From positions 37,469 to 101,468 of IMG/VR virus record IMGVR_UViG_3300050013_000165: 64,000 nt of DNA; one strand, written 5' to 3'. The position numbers and the translations under genes are program-made. This stretch comes from a virus. Position 1 is the first letter of the stretch. Each line of letters begins with the position of its first letter. The notes beneath the pieces are model-generated. The model was not told the origin of the DNA. It ran no database searches and was given only the letters and a program-made list of their open reading frames with translations. Shown piece by piece: positions 29,303 to 39,948 of the stretch.

Positions 29303-32095
29303 ATGACTGACATAAGCAATATGGCGCGAGGCGGCTCGCGAACTCGACAAAACCAGATGTTTCCTGGGCAAAATCCTGTGGGACCTGCTCCGTCTGCACC
29401 AATTGCTCAATTTTCTGGCAGCATGACCCAATCGAACAGTATTAAGGCGCTTCGGACTGAATTGGGGCTCCTTGTTACCGACATGGGGAAGCTTGACAAG
29501 GCCATCCAAAGCATCAACGAGCACTTGGAACAAACAGCCAACAACTTTGGCAATCTCACTGGTAAGGGCGGGGGCAATGGGCCTGGTGGAAAAGGAAACA
29601 GTTCAGCCCCGATTAGTGCTGTTGCCTTTGGTGTAGGTGCCGAGTTTGCCGCACAGACAGCCGGGGGCATCAACTCATATCTCAGCGGCGTCAAGAGCCC
29701 AGGAGCAGCAACCAGAGTCACGGCGGCACAAGTAAGTACGTCATTTGGCGGAAACACTGGTGCCAGTGTTGTGTCGGCTGTCAATCAATATGCCAAGATC
29801 AGAAACCTGAGTTCTAGTGATTTGGTTCAAGCGCTTGGGACATTGACCGGTAATGCGCTGCTTCGCGTAAACCCCAACAGTAAGAGTCAAGGCAATCTTA
29901 AAAATGTCATGAACTCACTCACCGGGTTGAATCCTGTTCTTGGTGCCGGGGGTGCGGCAAGCTTTTTGAACACTCTTGCTTCTGGCCCTGCTTTGAACAT
30001 GTTCAATCAGAAGCTTGGTGGTTCGCAGGGTGTTCTTGTTCAACCAGGACCCGGTGGGAAGGACACCATTAATACCCCACAACAGGTGTTCTCGCGTCTA
30101 ATCAAGGCATTGACTGGTGGTCAGGTTTCGTCTCCTTCTCAAATGAAGAAGTGGGCGAGTACGCCGGGGCAAATGGCTATTATGCAACAGAACGCTTCCG
30201 CTATCGGAATTTCGCCTACTGACTTCATGTTGATTCAACAGGTCATGGCTAAGGGTGGCAACGTACAACAAGCGGTAAATCAAATGCAGAAGGTCGGTGC
30301 ACCAGCGGCAACTGCTGCACAAACAGCATCCACGCAAGCGACGGCAACGGGACTCACTGTTTACGATCAAAGTCAGGCGGCACAAAAAACCCTGTCGAGC
30401 ATTGATGCGGGGATTCAACGCCTCGTTCAGCTTATTTCTGGTAAGAGCAGTCTTTTGAGCGACATCGGTATTGGAGGAGCGGGCGCTGTCTCTAAAGGAC
30501 TCTCGGGTGTTTCGCAGGTTGGCGGGCTTATGGCTATTGGCAAACTTCTTGGCGGTGGAGGGGCGGCTGCTGGTGAAGGTGCTGCAACAGCGGGGCTCCT
30601 TTCGCGACTCCTTAAAAGCTCGGCAGGAAAAGGGCTGGGGATCGGTGTTGCGGGGAATCTTGTGGGAGCTGGAATCAAAGGCAATGCGCCAAGTACGGGG
30701 GCTCGTGGTCGTGTCGGCGCAGCCGTAAGCGATGCTGCTACTGCGGCAATGCTTGGGATGATGCTTCCTATCCCCGGTGCCGACGCTGTTGTGGCCGGAG
30801 TTGGTGGATTGCTTGGTGGAGCGTTTGGTGCAATAACCGGAATGGGCGACCCCGGTTTGTCGCCGGATATGTCGCGAAAAGTTGCAGCCATGCGCGCCGT
30901 TAATCCGAGCATCAAAGTTAATTCTGGTCGTCGTTCAAAAGCACAACAGGCTCTTCTTTATGCGCTCAAAGGTGGGCGCGGTGTTGCCAAGCCTGGTCAG
31001 TCAAGACACGAACACGGGCTTGCTGCCGACATTGGTCCTCCATCGCAAATGGGTTGGTTGATGAAAAACGCCAATCGGTTTGGGCTCTATCATCCAGCGG
31101 CCGGTTCTGAGCCTTGGCATGTTGAGTCGATGGGTGATCCCATGACGCCGACTTCGTTTTCCCAAGACCTTCTTAAAAAATTGGGGATACATCCATCAAG
31201 TGTGGACGTTTCTAATCTTGCAAAATGGCAGGCTGGTGAAGGGCAGTGGGGGGCGAGTGGCGGGTTTAACGCTGCGAACATGTACGACCCGTTGAATACG
31301 AAACTTACAACCGGTGCCGGTACTGGTGGAGCTCCTATTGGCGGTGGCGCAACAGTTGCCTACAAAAACTGGAATCAAGGCATTGCGGCTACCGCACAGA
31401 CAATGCAGCAATCAAATATGGCTCCTCTTGTTAAAGCTCTTAAAGCTAATGCGAGTCCTTCCAATTTCTATCGAGCCATTCTGGCCTCATCTTGGGGTGG
31501 TTCGGGCCGCACCTCGCTTTACGGAGGAAGTTTGCCGGGGAGTCCCGCTGTTGCTGTTCCAATGGGTCCAGGTAGTGCAATAAGTACGCCAACAGTTGGC
31601 GGGGGCGGTGGTCCTTCATCGTCGTCCTCGTCTTCGAGCGGCCCGAGCATCAATCGACTTCTTTCGCTTCTTGGTCATTCGGGTGGAACAGGTCTCAGCA
31701 ACGACTTTTTGCAACAAGTAAGCAGTAATAGTTGGTTACACAGTCTTGCGGGTGGAGGAGGCGGCACTTCGTCTAATGCGCTTCTCGCCAAAGTTCGATC
31801 TTTGTCGAGTAATTCAGGCACGCAAGCAGAACTTCTTGCTGGCGCTCTTTTGGGGTCTGGTGAGTCCATCAATCCCTCGGCCCTTCGTTCCATGATGGGG
31901 GACCCCGCACCTGTTATCACGGCAATGCCTATGTCGGGGAGTGCGGGCAGTTGGTTCCACGGTGCGCGAGTCACGGTCAATCTTCAAATGGCTCCTGGGT
32001 CAGGCACAAGCATGGACGACGCTCGTCAATTCACAAAGAACGTGAAGACGGCGCTCGAAGAGATGGCCCAAGAAAAAATGATGGCGGGCAAGTAA
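29303..32095 (+). CDS. Tape measure protein with M15 (VanY-like) peptidase and lysozyme-like domains
   Basis: G/A-rich; SGRRS..QQ.LY..AKPGQSRHEHGLAADI..EPWH; WQAGEG..PLNT..YKNWNQGI. Confidence 0.8.
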   Translation: MTDISNMARGGSRTRQNQMFPGQNPVGPAPSAPIAQFSGSMTQSNSIKALRTELGLLVTDMGKLDKAIQSINEHLEQTANNFGNLTGKGGGNGPGGKGNSSAPISAVAFGVGAEFAAQTAGGINSYLSGVKSPGAATRVTAAQVSTSFGGNTGASVVSAVNQYAKIRNLSSSDLVQALGTLTGNALLRVNPNSKSQGNLKNVMNSLTGLNPVLGAGGAASFLNTLASGPALNMFNQKLGGSQGVLVQPGPGGKDTINTPQQVFSRLIKALTGGQVSSPSQMKKWASTPGQMAIMQQNASAIGISPTDFMLIQQVMAKGGNVQQAVNQMQKVGAPAATAAQTASTQATATGLTVYDQSQAAQKTLSSIDAGIQRLVQLISGKSSLLSDIGIGGAGAVSKGLSGVSQVGGLMAIGKLLGGGGAAAGEGAATAGLLSRLLKSSAGKGLGIGVAGNLVGAGIKGNAPSTGARGRVGAAVSDAATAAMLGMMLPIPGADAVVAGVGGLLGGAFGAITGMGDPGLSPDMSRKVAAMRAVNPSIKVNSGRRSKAQQALLYALKGGRGVAKPGQSRHEHGLAADIGPPSQMGWLMKNANRFGLYHPAAGSEPWHVESMGDPMTPTSFSQDLLKKLGIHPSSVDVSNLAKWQAGEGQWGASGGFNAANMYDPLNTKLTTGAGTGGAPIGGGATVAYKNWNQGIAATAQTMQQSNMAPLVKALKANASPSNFYRAILASSWGGSGRTSLYGGSLPGSPAVAVPMGPGSAISTPTVGGGGGPSSSSSSSSGPSINRLLSLLGHSGGTGLSNDFLQQVSSNSWLHSLAGGGGGTSSNALLAKVRSLSSNSGTQAELLAGALLGSGESINPSALRSMMGDPAPVITAMPMSGSAGSWFHGARVTVNLQMAPGSGTSMDDARQFTKNVKTALEEMAQEKMMAGK

Positions 32096-33036
32096 TGGCG
32101 ATCTCGAAGCCAATCAAAAACGGGCTGACATCAACAACGCCAAATCTCGTTCCGGTTGGGCGAGATATCGTCAGCACGAGCAAGATCAACACTCAAACGC
32201 TCGACAGCTTGATGACGGCTGGCTATGGCGATACAGGTGACCTTTCAAAGAACCCAAGCCACACTTCGAACCCTCCGGCATACCCCGGCACCTATGGAGG
32301 AAACCCGAGCGCACAACCACAACGTCTCGGAGTAATCCGCAACGTTCCCGGTGTTCTTGGCAAGCAACAGATTGCTTTGTACTTCATCTTCAACCCGAAC
32401 GAAATTGTTGTGCAGTTCGAGACGAGCCAAAGTCAAATTCCGTACAACTACATCTACGGAGTTGGACCAAACAATCCAGGGAGCCTCGGGAGCTACAGCG
32501 GCTCAAAGGCAATCCCGAACATCACGTCTGCCCAATCGGTTTCGTGGTCTCTGATATTTGATCGAACTTACGACATGTTGTACACGCCAAATGCAAATAC
32601 GAACGCTGACGTAAACCGAGGGGTGCTTCGAGACACCGCAGCGCTTTACAACCTCATGGGTACATTTGAAGGCAACAGTGGAACGCCGTACTCCACACCT
32701 TGTCGCGTTATCTTTGGGCGCAACGGCGGCCCGAGTAACAACCTCTTCGGATTCACGGGGTTCATCAGTGGGGTCGAGATTACCTACGGCATCTTTCGCA
32801 ACACGATGATTCCGTCTCGTGCCGAAGTCGATATAACCATGACCGCTGTCTACATCGCCGCCTCGACCCCTCCGGGTCCGGCTGATCCGAAGAGCACCAA
32901 GACCACGACAAAGGCCAAAGTCACTGGTGGACAAAACGGGAGCACCGGGGCGGCTGTTCAAGGGGGAGGTCCTGTGGGCGCTAATGGCCCTACCGGTCCA
33001 TATGCTCCTGTCGGCGCTTCTCCTGGCGGTATTTGA
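32095..33036 (+). CDS. Baseplate/tube-initiator protein
   Basis: FIFNPNEI, LIFDRTYD, F.G.I..V.ITY..F...MIP.RA.VDIT. Confidence 0.65.
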   Translation: MAISKPIKNGLTSTTPNLVPVGRDIVSTSKINTQTLDSLMTAGYGDTGDLSKNPSHTSNPPAYPGTYGGNPSAQPQRLGVIRNVPGVLGKQQIALYFIFNPNEIVVQFETSQSQIPYNYIYGVGPNNPGSLGSYSGSKAIPNITSAQSVSWSLIFDRTYDMLYTPNANTNADVNRGVLRDTAALYNLMGTFEGNSGTPYSTPCRVIFGRNGGPSNNLFGFTGFISGVEITYGIFRNTMIPSRAEVDITMTAVYIAASTPPGPADPKSTKTTTKAKVTGGQNGSTGAAVQGGGPVGANGPTGPYAPVGASPGGI

Positions 33037-33037
33037 A

Positions 33038-33340
33038 ATGATCACGCAGGACTCTCGTTACCAACAAGGCACCATTACGCGGATGCCCGACATGGACGGC
33101 ACATATCAGCTTGCTGTTCTTCGGACTGTTCCAGCGACATCGAGCGGCTTTGCTCTTTATGTGTGGCAGGCCGGGGATCGACCCGACATTGTTGCAGCCA
33201 ACGAACTTGGCGACCCAACTCTCTGGTGGCAAATCTTTGATCTCAATCCAGAGATCATTGATCCATTGAACGTGTTGGCCGGGACTGTTCTCCGGCTTCC
33301 AAATACAGTCGTACCCGCAACGGGAGCAATCCTCCAATGA
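33038..33340 (+). CDS. LysM/tail-X-like baseplate protein
   Basis: YVWQAGDRPDIVA..LGDPTLWWQIFDLNP..GTVLRLP. Confidence 0.8.
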   Translation: MITQDSRYQQGTITRMPDMDGTYQLAVLRTVPATSSGFALYVWQAGDRPDIVAANELGDPTLWWQIFDLNPEIIDPLNVLAGTVLRLPNTVVPATGAILQ

Positions 33341-34458
33341 GTTCAGTTGCTCCGTTTACGTCATCGGTTCAGTTCTACGGCGACATCAAAGCGTTGACAC
33401 TTGGACCAAACACACTTCGAATTGTGCAAGAAGAGTTCAAGCATGATTATGCCGTGATGGATTTTTGGGGTGGCGACATCTCTTCGGATGCCCTTAACTC
33501 CGGCATGCCAATGTTAATTACGTGGGGGCGTTCTGGCACACAGCGGTCTTTCTACGGGTATGTCAACCAACCAAAAGGTAATCGCAGTCGATTGAAAGGT
33601 GGTTCGTTGGTGGACCACAACTCGACGATTGTTTACTGCGTTGGCGCTTCGTGGCCGTTACAGCAGACAGATTCCAAATCATGGTCGAATGTCACTGCTC
33701 CCCAGGTTGCACAACAAATAGCGAAGCAGTTCAAGTTGGATTCACTTGTTGGACCAGACAAAACGCTTTGGCCGAATCTTCAAATGAGCGGTCGGAGTTA
33801 CTTCGATTTTCTCTGCAATCTCGCCAAGCGAATTGGTTACGTGTTCTATGTGAACGGTGTGCAACTCACATTCGTTCCGCGGCAGACGAACCCAAAGCAG
33901 TTGAAGTCTGTTGCAGCTATTTACGACTACAACGCCGACCCTGGTGCTATCCCAAAGTTTTCTCCGACATTGGGAGCGAATTCCACATCGGGAGGTCAGC
34001 TTCGTAATCGAAAGATTGCGGGGGTCAATCTCAGAACCAGTCAGCCGATTTCGGCAACAGTGTCTGGTAATCCCGCTCCAACGATCTTGGGGCAGACTGC
34101 CGATACCGCTATCTTTGATCACACTGAACACGCTGTCGTGACATCACAAGCGGAGGCCACGAGCAAGCTCAATGGTTCGGCACTGTTGAATCAACTCTAT
34201 GCATCAGCAAAAGCAACGCTTATTGGGAACCCGTTCATTGCTCAGGGCTCTATTGTCTTCATCAAGAACGTGAACGGGTCTCAAAACGGCTTGTGGTTTG
34301 TGCAACGTGCCGAGCATACGCTCGACCGAAACACTTATTCGATTGACGCCGATCTCGGTCGCGATAGCACAGGTGCGGCTCCGACAATTGCCTTCACCAT
34401 TTCTACGGCAAATTTGCCGAAGGCGTCTCTTTCTAATGGTCTGTGGGTGGCATCGTGA
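33337..34458 (+). CDS. Baseplate hub (gpD/VgrG N-terminal-like)
   Basis: Position; SYFDFLCNLAKRIGY; GLWFVQRAEH. Confidence 0.7.
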   Translation: MSSVAPFTSSVQFYGDIKALTLGPNTLRIVQEEFKHDYAVMDFWGGDISSDALNSGMPMLITWGRSGTQRSFYGYVNQPKGNRSRLKGGSLVDHNSTIVYCVGASWPLQQTDSKSWSNVTAPQVAQQIAKQFKLDSLVGPDKTLWPNLQMSGRSYFDFLCNLAKRIGYVFYVNGVQLTFVPRQTNPKQLKSVAAIYDYNADPGAIPKFSPTLGANSTSGGQLRNRKIAGVNLRTSQPISATVSGNPAPTILGQTADTAIFDHTEHAVVTSQAEATSKLNGSALLNQLYASAKATLIGNPFIAQGSIVFIKNVNGSQNGLWFVQRAEHTLDRNTYSIDADLGRDSTGAAPTIAFTISTANLPKASLSNGLWVAS

Positions 34459-34727
34459 TTTCGCCAGAGATGACAATGACTGGTGAGCCAGAGTACGGGG
34501 GTATCTATCCAGGGTTTTGCCAGAACAACAAGGACCCCGAAGGGCTCTCACGAATCACGGCAACTTGCCCCCAAGTATTTGGCAACAACACGACGCTTAC
34601 GGATTGGGCATGGCCTTGCTTTTCTCCTGGTTCGAAGGTCTCACCTCCCGTGCCTGGTGAAGGAGTCTGGTTGATGTTTCAAGGCGGCGACGTCGAACAT
34701 CCTGTTTGGTTGGGGGTGTGGAAGTGA
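34455..34727 (+). CDS. Baseplate spike gp5-type OB-fold protein (short)
   Basis: YGGIYPG....NKDPEGLSRI....P....WAWPC...PVPGEGVWLMFQGGDVEHPVWLG. Confidence 0.85.
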   Translation: MISPEMTMTGEPEYGGIYPGFCQNNKDPEGLSRITATCPQVFGNNTTLTDWAWPCFSPGSKVSPPVPGEGVWLMFQGGDVEHPVWLGVWK

Positions 34728-35443
34728 GTTTGATTACACAGCAGGCACCGTTTTCGGGGGCTGTTCCGGCGAACCTAAGCATCAACTACACCAACCAACT
34801 TCTCGTCTCGGGATTTACCGGACTGCTTCTTTTTGAGACCACGACTGCGTCGGCTGCTCTCACTGTTCTTTCTGATGGTGAGGTCTCTGCCGCTGATGCG
34901 CTGAGCCCAGGCACGTATATTGTCTCCGGCGTTGTTTATGACAGCGCCAACAATTCAGGGCCGTGGTCCTTCACACTGACCGTGAGTGGGCCAGCAACAC
35001 CACAAACGTCAGTCACGCCGTTTACATCTCCGCTTTCGACTGGCACTGAAGTCCTCGTGCCATTTCAAATCGATCCAGCGACGGGCGCTGTAGCCGTCAT
35101 CTCCGATTACGTCAGCGTCATCAATCAGCACATTGCGACGATCATCATGACTCGTGGCGAAGAGCGCGTCATGCAACCGACTTTTGGTGCGGGAGCGGAA
35201 TCGGCAATCTTTCAAGATTTGGATGGGCCTGATCTTTCGTTATTGATCGACAACATTCAAAGTCAATTAGCAACCTGGCAGCCCGAGATCAATGTTCTCG
35301 GTGTGACGCCAGCCCTCGTCCCTGGTTCGCCAACGACGGTTTCCATTACCGTGACATATTCGATAGCGTCAATTAACACGGTCAACTCGGTCACTGTCAC
35401 GACTGGCGGAACAATTACCCAAGTAAGCGGTGGTGGAGCATGA
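34724..35443 (+). CDS. gp25/GpW-like baseplate wedge protein with N-terminal extension
   Basis: IMTRGEERVMQPTFG...WQPEI. Confidence 0.75.
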   Translation: MSLITQQAPFSGAVPANLSINYTNQLLVSGFTGLLLFETTTASAALTVLSDGEVSAADALSPGTYIVSGVVYDSANNSGPWSFTLTVSGPATPQTSVTPFTSPLSTGTEVLVPFQIDPATGAVAVISDYVSVINQHIATIIMTRGEERVMQPTFGAGAESAIFQDLDGPDLSLLIDNIQSQLATWQPEINVLGVTPALVPGSPTTVSITVTYSIASINTVNSVTVTTGGTITQVSGGGA

Positions 35444-37431
35444 CGTTCATTGAAAACACGCCCCCAGCGGCGACTCCCGTAATCGACTATTCAAGTCGCG
35501 ATTATCTGTCGATCTACAACGACCTGCTCGAACGGCGAAGCATCTACATGCCCGAGTGGACATCGACATCAACTGCCGACTTCGGAATTGCACTCATCCA
35601 AATGTTCTCCTACGTCGGAGACATCATTGGGTATTACCTCGACCGTCTTGCGGGTGAGGCCTTTATTCAAACGGCAACACAGCCTGTTTCGATCCTCAAT
35701 CTGGCAGCGATGCTCGATTATCAGCCGACGCTATCTGTCGGCGCTTCAGTGAACCTCTTGTTGACTGTGAGCCCGTTGCTCGCCTCGACGTACTTCCCCT
35801 ACACCGTTCCGGCGGGCACGCAGTTCTCAACGATAGGGACAGCAGCACAGGCGGCAATCATCTTCGAGACGACGCAGGCTGTTACATTTCCCAATCCAAA
35901 TGGTGCCGGAACGACGTTGGCTGTTGCACTCACGGCAAACAGCACCTACACAGCGATCACTGTTGCCGCTGGTGGAATTAGCGAAGCGCTCTTTGTCGGT
36001 GATTATGTTGAAATTCTCAACACGCTTGCTACTCCATCAACTCAGTTGTTGGAAGTAACTTCAAATGCCAGTGTCGGTGCGACGGCGATTTCGGTCGCTT
36101 CGTTTGTCGCTAATGCGAACTACGCAATTGGTTCGCAGGTTGAATACACCGATCAAGCTCTTGTTCCGGCGGTCCAAGGCATCACCAACTTCACCGAAGC
36201 GGTGGGGACGTCCAATGGTTCGTTGAACCAACAGTTCTCGTTGCTCTACAACCCCGTGAGTGCTGACAGTTTTTCGCAAGGCGGCATCGTCACTGTTCTC
36301 GGGGCTCCAACTCTTGCACCGACCATCGTGTATGTCGATCTCGGGCTCGGACCACAACCGTGGACTTACGTCACCAACTTGGCGAACTATGGGCCTAATG
36401 CTCAGGTGTACACGAGCTTCGTTGATGCAGACGGAACTTTCTACATTGTCTTTGGCGACAGTGTGAACGGATTTGTGCCGCCTCTTGCTAGTCCGATTAC
36501 CTGCACTTATGTAGTGAGTGACGGCGTAACTGGCAATGTGGGTGCCAATACAATTGTGAGTCCGGTTACAGCGCTCACCGGCATTTCGTGCACGAACCCG
36601 TTGCCAGCTAATGGCGGCATGGATGCAGAGTCGTTGACTTCAATTCAATTAAACGCACCGGCTTCTCTGAAAGCGCTCAATCGCGCTGTGACTGTGCAGG
36701 ATTTTTCTACACTCGCTATTCAGATTCCTGGTGTGCAATGGGCGTCAGCGGTAGAGGTGACCTATCAGTTGGTCAACCTTTTTGTTGCCCCATTTGGTGG
36801 CGGGGCTCCGACTTCGGTATTGACTAGCTCGGTTGCGAGCTTTATCGATCCGCTCGTAATGGCAAATACGACGGTGACGCTTTTGTCGCCGACCTATGTG
36901 CCAATCAACATTTCGGCAAATGTCAGCATTTACCCGAACTACGGCAACACGGCTGTGCAACAAGCGGTCGTGAACGCTTTGAACAGTTTGCTCGCTTTGT
37001 CCAATACCGGCTTCGGCTTCCGAGTCTCGTTGGGTGCCGTCTACAACACCATTCTGAGTGTGGCCGGGGTCAATTACGCCAACCTCACTGTCCTTAATCG
37101 GTCGATGCTTGCGTTGACGACATCTGTTCTCACTAGCGGGCAGAGCTATAGCTCGATTCCGGTCAGTGCGTTGCCGCAGGCGGTCGCCAGCGGCGACACA
37201 ATCGTTCTGAGCAACGGTGTTAGCACGCAGACACTGACGGCGAGCGGTGCGGCCTTGGCAGGGGCTGCGTCTGTTCCTGTTACCCCGTTCCTTGCGAACG
37301 CCACTTATGCCATTGGCTCGACGATCCAAGACACCACGCAGTTTGGCGATTGCGTGTTGCTTGCAAATGAGATTCCCGAGGCTCCCAATTCCTACGGGAT
37401 TATTGTTTCCGGCGGGGTGGTGGGATCATGA
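35440..37431 (+). CDS. Baseplate J-like wedge protein
   Basis: DYSSRDY, DFGIALI, YYLDR..EAFI.TA, FGD..NG..P, RAVTVQDF. Confidence 0.9.
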   Translation: MTFIENTPPAATPVIDYSSRDYLSIYNDLLERRSIYMPEWTSTSTADFGIALIQMFSYVGDIIGYYLDRLAGEAFIQTATQPVSILNLAAMLDYQPTLSVGASVNLLLTVSPLLASTYFPYTVPAGTQFSTIGTAAQAAIIFETTQAVTFPNPNGAGTTLAVALTANSTYTAITVAAGGISEALFVGDYVEILNTLATPSTQLLEVTSNASVGATAISVASFVANANYAIGSQVEYTDQALVPAVQGITNFTEAVGTSNGSLNQQFSLLYNPVSADSFSQGGIVTVLGAPTLAPTIVYVDLGLGPQPWTYVTNLANYGPNAQVYTSFVDADGTFYIVFGDSVNGFVPPLASPITCTYVVSDGVTGNVGANTIVSPVTALTGISCTNPLPANGGMDAESLTSIQLNAPASLKALNRAVTVQDFSTLAIQIPGVQWASAVEVTYQLVNLFVAPFGGGAPTSVLTSSVASFIDPLVMANTTVTLLSPTYVPINISANVSIYPNYGNTAVQQAVVNALNSLLALSNTGFGFRVSLGAVYNTILSVAGVNYANLTVLNRSMLALTTSVLTSGQSYSSIPVSALPQAVASGDTIVLSNGVSTQTLTASGAALAGAASVPVTPFLANATYAIGSTIQDTTQFGDCVLLANEIPEAPNSYGIIVSGGVVGS

Positions 37432-39938
37432 GCAATATGGCTAACGCCATTACGTCCACGCTCAATGTTCAACCGTCCAACTACAACGGGCTCGAAGTTA
37501 GTTGGACACTTCCGAGCGGTAATTGGACTCAGCTTTATTTGCTTCGATCCTCGTTTGGGACGCCACTCAGCATATTTTCAAATGACGGTGTCGTGTTGCT
37601 CGAACAGACGAGCAACTTCTCGACGTCGTTCGTTAACGAACCGCTCGAATCAGGATTCTTCTACTACTACAGCATCATCGTCTATAGCCCAACACTGGGC
37701 GAGTACGTGTTGGCCGGAGCCGCACAAGGGCTCGTGCTCACTGAGTTCGATCTCGGGAGCACATTTCAGGCCTGGATGCCGGATTGGTACAACGAGCAAG
37801 ATCAAGCCTTCATCACAACGCAACAGCCCGAAGGTCCATTAGAGCGGTTTCTCAATCTGTTGGGGTATGAAGAGGATTGGATCAAATCGGAAATCCAGTC
37901 TTTCTTCACGGCAACGAACATCGATCTTGCATCTGGTTATCTAATCCCGTTCATCGGTGGGAACTTCGATATCGATTATGAGCCCGAGTTAGGCATGACG
38001 CGCTCGCGTGCGCTCGTAAAGAACGCCGTCTTCCTTTACAAGTTCAAGGGGACGACGGGTGGCATTGCTGCCGCAGCTTCTTCGTTTTCAGGGTTCGGGT
38101 GTGAAGTCACTGCTGGCAAGAACCTTGAAATCCAGCTCGACGATTATGCGTTTGATCGTTCGACTGGGCACTGGGTTCCAGGGAATTCGAGCACGACCAT
38201 TTCCAGGGAGGGCGCTGCAACTGCCGGGGTTTCTCCGGCGTACACCAGCTATGACCCGGCGACAACGAATGCAGGTTCGCCGTGGGTGAGTGGTCAGTTG
38301 TATTTGGCTGGCACCTACGTCACTGCTGTGGTTGGTGGCGTGACGTGTGTCTATTTCTCTATTCATACAGTCCAGAGCACGACATCGCCGCCTAATGATC
38401 GAACAAACTGGATTCCGGTCAACTATCTGCCGGTCAACAATTTCAACGTTGGGGTTATGTCGGGTAATGCCGCCACACCGCAGCCAATTTGGTTGACGAC
38501 GTGTACCGAGGCCACAGCAACAACGCTCGGCATACCGGTGGCGCAGACAGCTACGCCGCCGATGTACGTCTTCAGTTATTACGTGCAACCACAGCAACAG
38601 ACAACGCCGACTCTTCGTTCGTTTCTTGCACAGATCGATTGGTACAACATTTTCGGAGCGTTCATTAGCTCAACGGTTGGTTCTGCTGTTGCTGAAGTAG
38701 CAGACACATGGGTTCGCCCCTATGTCGTCGGTACGCCTCCGGCCGGTGCCTATTACTTTGGGCGCACCGTCAAATCTGTTCAGAGCATCACAGGCGACAA
38801 TCATTTGTTCTGTGGCGCACAGAGCGAGATCAATACTCAGGCAACGCCGGGTCCTTCGTCGCTCGAACCACCAAGGGCCATCAAGCTCAATCTCTTCCCG
38901 TCGCGTCAGAACCTAATTCCAAATCCGGTCGGGCGAGCTGCTGCAAATTCTGGTGTATTTGGTTGGTCAACATCAAACGGGGCGTTCGCTGCTTCGGCCT
39001 TCATGGCGACACCGCCAGCAATTACATGGCCCGCCAATACCTCCTCTGGTTTCGTCATTACGACGTTCATTGGTGGAACGCAGGTTCCTGGTCCGGCGAT
39101 GTTTGGTGCGATCATCCCAGGCATCAGCGGGCTCGGCTTCAGCATGCTCGGCGGCAATCTCTCGACAGGACCGGGGAATGTAATCAGCAGTCTGTTGATT
39201 TCCGTCAACGCCGGAGACCCGTATTCGCTGTCGGTTTATTTCATGGCCGCAACGGTCTCTCGCGAAATCCAACTCTCGATCACTTATTACAACGCAGCGG
39301 GACAGCTTCTCGCTCTTCCGGCATTTGCTGCATCGTTGTCGAGCGAACTTCTTTCGGGACAGACCTATAACGCTCTTCCGTTGAATTCTCTGCCGTTTGC
39401 GGTGAGTGCTGGGGAGCCAATCATTATCAACTTCGGAACAAGCTCTCAACAGCTTGTGCACGCTTCAGCGGCACTTCCGGCCACTGGGAGCCCCGTTGCA
39501 TTGCCTGTCTTCCCGTTCGTTGCTGCGGGCACCTATCCCGCCTCTACGCCGGTCTCGTTTTCATATATCACCTTCACTGATGCCGTTGGCGTGTGGACGC
39601 GGGGCGATTTGATTAACGCCCTGATTCCGATTGGAGCTACGCAGGCTTTCTTGCAGTTCACAATCGTCAACCCAGCGACCGATGAGGTGCATTACCTCGG
39701 GGCTCCGCTGTTTGAGCCCGTCGCTTATTTGGGAACGTACTTTGATGCAAACTTCTTGCCCTCGACAGACTTCTTTTGGGAGGGCATTGCGAACGAGTCG
39801 ATTTCGGATTACTATCCGAGCCTGCAATCGAAGCTCTCACGGCTCATCTCCGTAATGCCCGAATTCACTCCTATCGGGAGCACCTTCAGTCTGGTTACGA
39901 TGCAGCGTGCCTTTACTAATGTGAATGAGATCGGTTAG
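37428..39938 (+). CDS. Baseplate wedge gpI-like / fibre-attachment protein
   Basis: [17 protein letters not shown] motif; CBM-like modules. Confidence 0.7.
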   Translation: MSNMANAITSTLNVQPSNYNGLEVSWTLPSGNWTQLYLLRSSFGTPLSIFSNDGVVLLEQTSNFSTSFVNEPLESGFFYYYSIIVYSPTLGEYVLAGAAQGLVLTEFDLGSTFQAWMPDWYNEQDQAFITTQQPEGPLERFLNLLGYEEDWIKSEIQSFFTATNIDLASGYLIPFIGGNFDIDYEPELGMTRSRALVKNAVFLYKFKGTTGGIAAAASSFSGFGCEVTAGKNLEIQLDDYAFDRSTGHWVPGNSSTTISREGAATAGVSPAYTSYDPATTNAGSPWVSGQLYLAGTYVTAVVGGVTCVYFSIHTVQSTTSPPNDRTNWIPVNYLPVNNFNVGVMSGNAATPQPIWLTTCTEATATTLGIPVAQTATPPMYVFSYYVQPQQQTTPTLRSFLAQIDWYNIFGAFISSTVGSAVAEVADTWVRPYVVGTPPAGAYYFGRTVKSVQSITGDNHLFCGAQSEINTQATPGPSSLEPPRAIKLNLFPSRQNLIPNPVGRAAANSGVFGWSTSNGAFAASAFMATPPAITWPANTSSGFVITTFIGGTQVPGPAMFGAIIPGISGLGFSMLGGNLSTGPGNVISSLLISVNAGDPYSLSVYFMAATVSREIQLSITYYNAAGQLLALPAFAASLSSELLSGQTYNALPLNSLPFAVSAGEPIIINFGTSSQQLVHASAALPATGSPVALPVFPFVAAGTYPASTPVSFSYITFTDAVGVWTRGDLINALIPIGATQAFLQFTIVNPATDEVHYLGAPLFEPVAYLGTYFDANFLPSTDFFWEGIANESISDYYPSLQSKLSRLISVMPEFTPIGSTFSLVTMQRAFTNVNEIG

Positions 39939-39948
39939 ATTTTGCTGC

